A stretch of 64,000 nucleotides of DNA from Eledone cirrhosa (lineage: Eukaryota). The notes beneath the pieces were generated by a model that worked only from the letters and a program-made list of their open reading frames with translations, searched no databases and was not told where the DNA came from. How positions within the stretch are numbered: position 1 is the first letter of the stretch; every line of letters begins with the position of its first letter. Where the stretch lies: assembly GCA_964016885.1 (NCBI GenBank), contig CAXHJY010000244.1, positions 1-64,000 of the forward strand, written 5' to 3'. The position numbers and the translations under genes are program-made. This document shows positions 47,108-64,000 of this stretch, one piece after another.

Positions 47108-47344
47108 GGCGTTTACGACATGTCGTAAATCTCACCTCCCCATCCACCCCACCCTCGCTTACCGTACAAACAACGACCCCACCGACACAATTCCAGGGAC
47201 CTTTTTACGTTTTCTATCAAACAACACTAGTAATAAATCTTTCTCCTGTTTCTCTTAATATGTTAAACCTGAACTAGGATGTAGGTAAAGGAGGAATTAA
47301 TTCTTATATACACCGTAGGTCAGATTTACGACATGCCGCAAGCC
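47108..47344. mobile_element. MITE with about 28-bp imperfect TIRs
   Basis: ggcgtttacgacatgtcgtaaatctcacct / aggtcagatttacgacatgccgcaagcc; superfamily not assigned. Confidence 0.6.
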
Positions 47345-47572
47345 AAGATAATTTGCTTGATAAGTAAGCCACAGTCGACAGATTGGTGTGATAAATAGAC
47401 TGTTAGATAGATAATGTATGTGTATATGTATGTATGTAGATAGATAGATAATGTATATATGTATGTATGTATATATAATGTATGTATGTATATATTATGT
47501 ATGTAAGTATAAAGTATGTATGTATATATGTATGTATGTATAATGTATGTATGTATATATGTATGTATGTAT

Positions 47573-47749
47573 AATTGTTTCTACGTTAGGCACAAGGCCA
47601 GCAATTACCCAGTGCATTACTAGTACTTTATTCTATCGACCCCGTAAGGATGAAAGGCAAAGTCAACCTCGGCGGGATTTGAACTCAGATCGTAAAGGGA
47701 CGTAACTATGCTGGAAAGCATGGCGTCCGACCCTCTACCGATACTGCCA
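47573..47749 (-). mobile_element. tRNA-derived SINE family A copy
   Basis: Reverse complement of the consensus. Confidence 0.9.
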
Positions 47750-47753
47750 AAAT

Positions 47754-48346
47754 GGTCACCAGTTGGTGCTACTGGTTACATGTATCCCAGTACAACCTGT
47801 CTAATGGTCGGGTCGTTGGCGACTAAACTGGCAACCCCACCAAGGTTTCTTGGTGAGGAGGGTGACTTTGCACATCTTGCAGGACTAAAAACAAAACCTG
47901 TCAAAGGGAAAAGGAGCTCTTGAGAGTCAATGGCCATCCAAAAGCACCGGGAGAGATGACCCCTTAGCCTTTGTCTAGGAGAAGGAAAACTCTGATATAA
48001 CACCTGCAACCCTGATGGTATCCAATGATGTTGACTTGTTCTTCTTTTTGGTAAATATCATCTTGGTGAAGAGAGTGGGACTGGCTTTGTGCAGTGCCTT
48101 TGCTCACTATAAAAGCTTCACGGCGCAGGCATTGCTTTATATCTGGAGATCTCTCTGCACTTGTCATCACATGATACCATGGGCCCAGCACTATGTGTCA
48201 ATAATTGTCACAAGTGTAGTGTTTGTACCAGAGTTTTCAAGACGCTGGCTGGACTAAAAAATCACACTCGTTCAGCGCATCGGTAGGGGTTCTCCTACAT
48301 GGATATAAAGTAGTGGCTGTACTCGAAAACGAGTTGACAGCCACCA
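47754..48346 (+). mobile_element. Second copy of the 590-bp repeat at 23578-24170
   Basis: Highly similar reverse complement. Confidence 0.8.
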
Positions 48347-48777
48347 TGTATGTATGTACGTATGTATGATATCGACCAGTTCTCCCTTTCGAGTAGTGTT
48401 TTCGATGCCCAGAGAGTGGGATTAGTCGAGTGCAAGGCCTTTCTCCACTTAAAAAACCTTCAAAGCACTGGCAATGTTTGTTCAGGATCTGTTACAGGTT
48501 CGTGTGACTGGCCGTAGCCTAAAAGTACACCAAACTCTATAATCTGACAAACAATTGCAATCCTCTTAGCAGAGTTTGCAGCCATCATGTACTTATGTAA
48601 ATGCATTGGATGTTCAGAGAGTGGGATTGGCTCCGTGCAAAGCCTTTACTCACTTAAACAAGCTTCAAGCACAGGCACCGCTTGACATGTGACATTTTTT
48701 GCGAACACCCTAACCACAAAGCCACGCGTCTTCACAGTACCTAAGATACACATTCAGTTCCATACCTATTATTAGTG

Positions 48778-48960
48778 GGCAGATTGGCAGTATCGGTAGA
48801 AGGTCGGACGCCATGCTTTGTAGCATAGAGTTATGGCCCTTTATAGTTTGAGTTCAAATGCCACCGAGGTCAACTTTGCCTTTCATCCTTACGGGGTCGA
48901 TAAAATAAAGTAGCAGTAATACCTGGGTAATTGCTGGTCTTGTGCCAAAAGTAGAAACAT
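48778..48960 (+). mobile_element. tRNA-derived SINE family A copy
   Basis: Same motifs. Confidence 0.9.
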
Positions 48961-49187
48961 TTGTTGTTGTTGTTGTTGTTATTTCCTCGTCGTCCACATC
49001 ACTATAACCACCACCGCCCATCATCATCACCCACATCACCACCACTACCACCATCATCACAACCACCTCCACCACCAATACTTAGACGAGCAAATTTTAA
49101 ATTTGTTTCTTTATTTTATTCCAGTCTCAAGACAAATCGATGTTCTTCGGGAAAGAAAGAGAAGAGAGAAAGAAACCAACGACAATA

Positions 49188-49510
<323 letters not shown>

Positions 49511-49566
49511 AACGTAACTCCCTACCCTCACCCCCACCGAAACAAAACAAACGAAAGCTGAAGTTG

Positions 49567-50799
49567 ATGATGACAAAGATGATGATGATGGAAAGCAATC
49601 AGACCCCTACTTTTGAAAGTGTTTTCGGTTGTCAAACGTTTGATTACACTTTTGAAAATATATCCTTGGGCAATTTATCGAACTCACATCTCGATGCAGA
49701 GAACTGTTTGCTCGATACGGTGCAAATGGATGTCGGAGATAAGATCTACGCTTTCTCAACGCCAGTGATTTTCGCCATGGGTATACTAGGTAATTCTGTA
49801 TCACTAAAGATATTCTTGTCGAAAAACTTCCGGCGTCAAGCTGGTGGTGTGTATTTAGCGTCGCTGTCTTGTGCGGACATTTTCGCCTTAGTTTTCTACG
49901 TGATGACGGAATGGCTGAAAAAAATACCTCTCTTTTTAATGTCCAGTCGTAAGATACCGGTCTTGGATACAGAAGGAATGTGCCAAATGATACAGTTTCT
50001 ATCGTACACCTTCCGTTTTCTCTCTTCTTGGTTGGTCGTTATATTCACAGTCGAAAGATACATTGGAGTGTGTCATCCCTTTAAAAGACTTGAATGGTGC
50101 ACGACAAAGACGGCACGGAGGAGTATAGGGGGACTGGTTATAGTTTCGCTGGCCATTAACTCTTATAAGCCGGCCCTAACTAAAGTGTATCGGCTTCACG
50201 GAGGTTTAACGAAGTGTACTGGAAATTTGGAATACAGATATCTTTCGTTTATTTTGGACAGTGTATACGCAGTCTCTATTACTTTCGTTCCGTTTGTGTT
50301 TATATTCCTGCTGAATATTCTAATTATTCGTGCTTTAGTACGGCTAAAACGAAGACAAAAGACCAACCAAGTAAAAGCAAAGGAAGCAGTCGGTAGGACA
50401 GACTTTACATTGTTATTGCTGATGATATCTTTCTGTTTCATAGCCTTCAAACTTCCGTTTTTTGTTACTTGGTGCCAACAGTTCTTCTTTTCCATAAAAC
50501 TAGAGGGGAGTGACTTAGACGAAATCAACGACCACAACAGACTTTTAGTGATGAAAAAAGCTCTCAACATATCCAGAATTATATTCTACATGAGCTACGT
50601 AACAAATTTCTTTCTCTACAGTTTCGTTGGCTCTTCTTTCCGTCTTGAACTTAAGCGACTGTTGTCCTGTCGCCACAAGAGAGCTCGCACCAATACTTGG
50701 ACTCCACAACGAACATATTTGCGCTCCGATATCAGCCATGTTGAATCTTTTCACCGCAACACTTCTGCTGCTAAGAACCAGAGTATAGATGAGGTCTGA
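49567..50799 (+). CDS. Intronless class A (rhodopsin-like) GPCR, probably a neuropeptide receptor of the FMRFamide/sex-peptide-receptor-related group
   Basis: About 410 aa; seven hydrophobic segments; TM1 GILGN, TM2 LSCAD, TM3 Cys and ERY..VCHP, TM5 Pro, TM6 F..FKLP, TM7 NFFLY; N-terminal N-glycosylation sequons NIS and NLS. First ATG at 49567; ligand assignment is inference. Confidence 0.93.
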   Translation: MMTKMMMMESNQTPTFESVFGCQTFDYTFENISLGNLSNSHLDAENCLLDTVQMDVGDKIYAFSTPVIFAMGILGNSVSLKIFLSKNFRRQAGGVYLASLSCADIFALVFYVMTEWLKKIPLFLMSSRKIPVLDTEGMCQMIQFLSYTFRFLSSWLVVIFTVERYIGVCHPFKRLEWCTTKTARRSIGGLVIVSLAINSYKPALTKVYRLHGGLTKCTGNLEYRYLSFILDSVYAVSITFVPFVFIFLLNILIIRALVRLKRRQKTNQVKAKEAVGRTDFTLLLLMISFCFIAFKLPFFVTWCQQFFFSIKLEGSDLDEINDHNRLLVMKKALNISRIIFYMSYVTNFFLYSFVGSSFRLELKRLLSCRHKRARTNTWTPQRTYLRSDISHVESFHRNTSAAKNQSIDEV

Positions 50800-51234
50800 A
50801 GTATATATATACGTGTATATAAACATATATACATATATATACATATATATATATATACATGCAAACAATAAACTACCACACCTTATTTATATATATATAT
50901 ATATTTATATATATATAGTAATAATAAATGTGAAGACTAAAATTCAGAAGATCCCGTTATGGGTGAAAGCAGCGATTATTTGCTTAATCTTTAATCTGTT
51001 ATTTTAATAAATATATATATATATCATACTTTATGGATTATCGAAGCGCTGAGAGTGATTTAAATTTTAAAATGTGAGAGTCCCAAACGTAGAAACTAAT
51101 TGTGATAACAATCGATCACTATAGATAAAAGTTGGGAAAAGGGCTATAGTGGTCGTTTGTTGTTACAGTTATTTTCTACGCCTGGGACGGACAGACGGAA
51201 ACAGACACATATATAAATACACACACACAGACAC

Positions 51235-59850
<8,616 letters not shown>

Positions 59851-59888
59851 TATCAAGTAAGAATATTTTCGAAACAGCGAGTGGGCTT

Positions 59889-60030
59889 TGAAATTATTAG
59901 AAATGTAAGCTATCGCCGTATTTTGACTAAAGAAATTAAAGAAATTATTTAGCCTGATAGTGGGGTTATAATAATTTCTTTAATTTCTTTAGTCAAAATA
60001 CGGTGATAGCTTACATTTCTAATAATTTCA
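59889..60030. repeat. About 140-bp fold-back island between (TA)n arrays
   Basis: tgaaattattagaaatgtaagctatcgccgtattttgactaaagaaattaaagaaattatt and its reverse complement. Confidence 0.88.
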
Positions 60031-60169
60031 TATATATATATATGTGTGTGTATATATATATGTATATATATATATGTATATATATATATGTATATATATA
60101 TATGTAAATATATATATATGTATATATATATGTAGATGTATATGTATATATATATATATATATATATAG

Positions 60170-60217
<48 letters not shown>

Positions 60218-60284
60218 ATATGTATATGTATATATATATGTATATACGTATATATATGTATATATATATATGTATATACGTGTA

Positions 60285-60324
<40 letters not shown>

Positions 60325-60330
60325 CGTATA

Positions 60331-60376
<46 letters not shown>

Positions 60377-60421
60377 GAAAAACATGGGGAGAAGAATACT
60401 GCATGGTTGCACATGGAATAC

Positions 60422-60497
<76 letters not shown>

Positions 60498-60586
60498 CGA
60501 AGTGTATAAAGAAAGCAACATCGCACAAACAACACTCTAGGACAAACGAATGTATAAATAAATGACAGATTAGACGCATATAAACG

Positions 60587-60617
<31 letters not shown>

Positions 60618-61177
60618 GGGGGGGGGAGGGGGGTATGTCTTAAAACAATCAAACTTATCTGCAATTCTACGTTTTCAACAAAACGGAAAAAATGCGGAAA
60701 TTACCGCGAGTGAAAATGTCTCTCTCTTATTTATTTTCGCTTTGATCTATTTTTTAACAACACAATTTTAATCGAAATTTTCGAAAATGTGAAATATATT
60801 TATCTGCAAAATATACATTATTAAGTAAGTTGTGAGAGAACAAAGTCAGATACCGGGGTGGTGGTGGTGGTGGTGGTAGGTGTGGGGGATCATTAAATTG
60901 TTTTTTATATTATCTGATCCCTGTATATATATATATAGCGTGAATTTAATAAACATTATCTGATCCCTGTATATATATATATGAGCGTGAATTTAATAAA
61001 CATTTATAGTACTGCCTCTCTGTTCTGTCCCTGTTCAATTTTTCATTATATATATATATATATATATATCATCAACAGTTTTCTTAGAAATGGTGACATG
61101 AATGGACCTGTTATTTTTCGTTTCCGCCACTCCACTGCTCGCCTCAATCTTTCTATTTATTCTTTAATTTCTCTTTT

Positions 61178-61221
61178 TTTTCTGATGAAGAAACAGCGTT
61201 CGAAACGTCGACACGTTAAGA
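61178..61221 (+). ncRNA. Hammerhead motif (host element about 61070-61315)
   Basis: tttt-CTGATGA-a-gaa acagcg ttc-GAA-acgt cgac acgt-T-aaga. Confidence 0.62.
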
Positions 61222-61310
61222 CTCTTTTCCTACTATATCAAACGTAAAACTAATAATATATTTCTTCATTGTGCTGTCTCGTCTGCTTTGTTATTTCTGT
61301 TTGCCTTTTG

Positions 61311-61343
<33 letters not shown>

Positions 61344-61372
61344 GATCAAAAGATGGTTAAAAGAGTTCCATG

Positions 61373-61443
61373 TATTTTATTATGCGCATTTCAAAAACAA
61401 ATATCATCATGCGATGACATTTGTGTTTTCGTCAGATAAAATA
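61373..61443 (-). ncRNA. Type I hammerhead with long stem II and palindromic stem III
   Basis: tattttat-CTGACGA-aaacacaaatgtcatc gcat gatgatatttgttttt-GAA-ATGCGCAT-A-ataaaata: perfect 8-bp stem I. Confidence 0.8.
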
Positions 61444-61522
61444 GGGAGACATGATATGAAGGTTAAAAAACACTTGTGAATAGTGCAGTTTTAAATCAAC
61501 ATATGATATGTTGATATATATG

Positions 61523-61575
<53 letters not shown>

Positions 61576-61583
61576 GTATATAC

Positions 61584-61619
<36 letters not shown>

Positions 61620-61671
61620 GTATATATATATATACCGTCCGTCCCCTCAATCTATCTTATTTCTCATTCTT

Positions 61672-61709
61672 TCTTCTGATGAAGGACTAGCGGGTCCGAA
61701 ATGTTAAGA
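61672..61709 (+). ncRNA. Minimal hammerhead motif (host element about 61635-61795)
   Basis: tctt-CTGATGA-a-GGAC tagcgg GTCC-GAA-atgt-T-aaga. Confidence 0.68.
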
Positions 61710-61791
61710 CCCTCTTCCTGCTATATCAAACGTCAAACTAATATATTCTTTCCATATACTGTACCGATTGTGTTGTTATTTCTGTTTTCCT

Positions 61792-61839
<48 letters not shown>

Positions 61840-62027
61840 GAGAGAGAGAACATATTATACAAAATCACTGATGGGTAGATCCCAATCCTTGAGCAAGTCA
61901 CTTTATTTCACGTTGCTCCTTCTACCTGGAGTTGCGACCGATAGATAGTATTAGAAAAGCCAACGGAGACATTTCTTCCTCAGGTCCGATTTGACGAAAG
62001 TCTATCGACTGTCAATATATATATAAA

Positions 62028-62189
62028 CAGGTAAATTTCCGTTATAACGAATACCATTATAACAAATTTTTCAGTATAACGAAATTTTTTTCACGTTCGA
62101 TGTGTTAGGTCGATCTCGTTATAAAGAATTTTTCGTTACAACGAATTTTTTTAATACCCTATGAATTACTTTGTAACGGAATTTCATTG
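62028..62189. mobile_element. Tigger/pogo-like MITE
   Basis: caggtaaatttccgttataacg ... gtaacggaatttcattg-TA with internal cgttataacg repeats. Confidence 0.62.
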
Positions 62190-62227
62190 TATATATATAT
62201 TGTAATGTAGAATAACATGCTGCGCAG

Positions 62228-62370
62228 TATAGAGTTGCGTTCTGAGTTCAAATCCCGCTTTGCCTGAGGTTAGCTTTGTCTTTCATCCTTACGGGGTCGA
62301 TAAAATAAAGTACCAGTAATACACTGAGATAATTTCTGGCCTTGTGCCTAAAGTAGAAACAATTATTATT
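62228..62370 (+). mobile_element. tRNA-derived SINE family A copy, 5' truncated
   Basis: B box and conserved body. Confidence 0.85.
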
Positions 62371-62470
62371 ATTACTAGTAGTAGTAGTAGTAATAGTAGT
62401 AGTAGTAGTAGTACAGATTAAAAGTTTAAGCAAAGAAGCGGGATCTTCCGACATATTTTTAAAAGTTACG

Positions 62471-62518
<48 letters not shown>

Positions 62519-62521
<3 letters not shown>

Positions 62522-62952
62522 ACAGGGAGAAATAGACGATTATTAGGAAGAAACATTTCTTTTTTTTCCTTTTTTGTCTCTCTCTCTCTCTTTTCTGGGT
62601 TAGAAAATGATTAAAACGAAATGTTGTACTTTGTATGAAGTGTTAAAGTATTAGTTTATTTATTTATTATTTAACAATGGCATTTATTTATCTATTTATC
62701 TATTTATATATTTATCTATTTATATATTTATATATTAATTTATAGACAATAATTAAATATATAAATAGATAAATAGATAAATAAATGCCATTGTTAAATA
62801 ATAAATAAATCAACTAATACCTTAACACATCACACAAAGTAAAATATTTCGTTTTAATCATTTTCTAACCCAGAAAAACGAGAGAGAGAAACAAAAAAGG
62901 AAAAAAAGATATTTTTATTCTTCCTAATAATCGTCTATTTCTCCCTGTTTTT
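62519..62952. mobile_element. About 430-bp fold-back element between (TA)n runs
   Basis: About 190-bp arms (aaaacagggagaaatagacgattattaggaagaa... / ...ttcttcctaataatcgtctatttctccctgtttt). Confidence 0.85.
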
Positions 62953-63070
62953 ATATATATATATATATATATATCCTAACTCGTGTGCTTCCTCTCCACA
63001 TTTTATTATTATTATATATATATATATAAATATATATATATTAGAAAGTGAGGTTTTTTTTACAAAATGA

Positions 63071-63109
<39 letters not shown>

Positions 63110-63471
63110 CACATATATGTGTGTATGAGTGTGTATGTATAGTGCATATACATTTTTATGTATATATTTAAAGGATTATGTGTGGGTGTGTGAATATGTA
63201 GGTGTTCGTAGCTAGGTGCTCTATAGTGTTATTAGTACATGAACAATGAAATCGTGTCTTCATCAATCAGTTGTCTTCGGGCAATACGATTCTATACGAT
63301 GCTGCATATTCAGTTTGCAACAGTAATTTCAAGGAAAATCATTTGCGATGGGCTAGTTACCTGTCCATGGGGAGTTTTGCTTCTCATTATCCATGAATGA
63401 AAATGTGCAGAAGTGGTATATATATATTAGTGGTATAGATATATTATATGTGCAGAAGTGGTATATATATA

Positions 63472-63835
63472 TTAGAAAGTGAGGTTTTTTTACAAAATGA
63501 AAAATAACCGAGGTGTCCTACACGAATGAAAGTATAAAGAAAAAAAGATGAAATCGAAAATGCAACTGGAGTCTTATTTTTTTTTTAAATATATATATTT
63601 ATTTGGTTCCTTTACCGGTTTCGCAGTTCTTCTGCTTTTCAAAAGTAGAGTTGAGGTGGAGGGTCTGTGGTTTTTCTCACATCTGATGTGAGAAAAACCA
63701 CAGACCCTCCATCTCAACTCTACTTTTGAAAAGCAGAAGAACTGCGAAACCGGTAAAGGAACCAAATAAATATATATATATTTTTTTTAAATAAGACTGC
63801 AGTTGCATTTTCGATATCATCTTTTTTTCTTTATA
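63472..63835. mobile_element. Fold-back element family P, most complete copy, with two divergent U3-A8 hammerheads (63610-63645 -, 63723-63758 +)
   Basis: About 150-bp near-perfect arms centred on tctcacatctgatgtgaga. Confidence 0.88.
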
Positions 63836-63849
63836 TATATATCTATATA

Positions 63850-64000
63850 TCTAAGGCGGGTAAAATTCCCGAGATCCATGGACGAGTTCTCTCCAGCGGT
63901 CTCTGTCCCTCATTATCGCTGCCATGTCCTGCATCTCCAACAGACCAGTGTCTGTCCTGAGGGCATCAACATACGTTAACCTTGGTCTTCCTCTTCTAGT
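63850..64000 (-). mobile_element. RTE-clade LINE 3' end, runs off the window
   Basis: Minus strand encodes TRRGRPRLTYVDALRTDTGLLEMQDMAAIMRDRDRWRELV, matching the RGRP..Y.D...DTG...M.DR..WR motif. Confidence 0.8.

Overview
Repeat-saturated eukaryotic DNA. The SINE families and huge (TA)n-variant arrays suggest an invertebrate, probably a cephalopod such as Octopus; this is inference. There is one convincing protein-coding gene, an intronless class A peptide-type GPCR (49567-50799, +). Almost all other ORFs in the track are microsatellite artefacts. The rest is microsatellite and minisatellite arrays, about 13 copies of one tRNA-derived SINE, other SINEs, piggyBac-, hAT- and Tigger-like MITEs, and RTE and CRE LINE fragments. 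The main hidden system lies in the short unique islands embedded in the (TA)n arrays. They repeatedly carry type I hammerhead ribozyme motifs: about 14 near-complete and about 10 decayed or truncated, from several sequence families. These show covariation, palindromic stem III and a U3-A8 core variant. Many sit in fold-back structures, and one unit is circularly permuted (542 nt). This resembles a diverse population of (TA)n-targeting Penelope-like or retrozyme elements. A 3.5-kb minisatellite is an amplified 65-bp piece of an RTE LINE ORF. Coordinates were read by eye and may be off by a few bases. No folding, alignment or database search was run.
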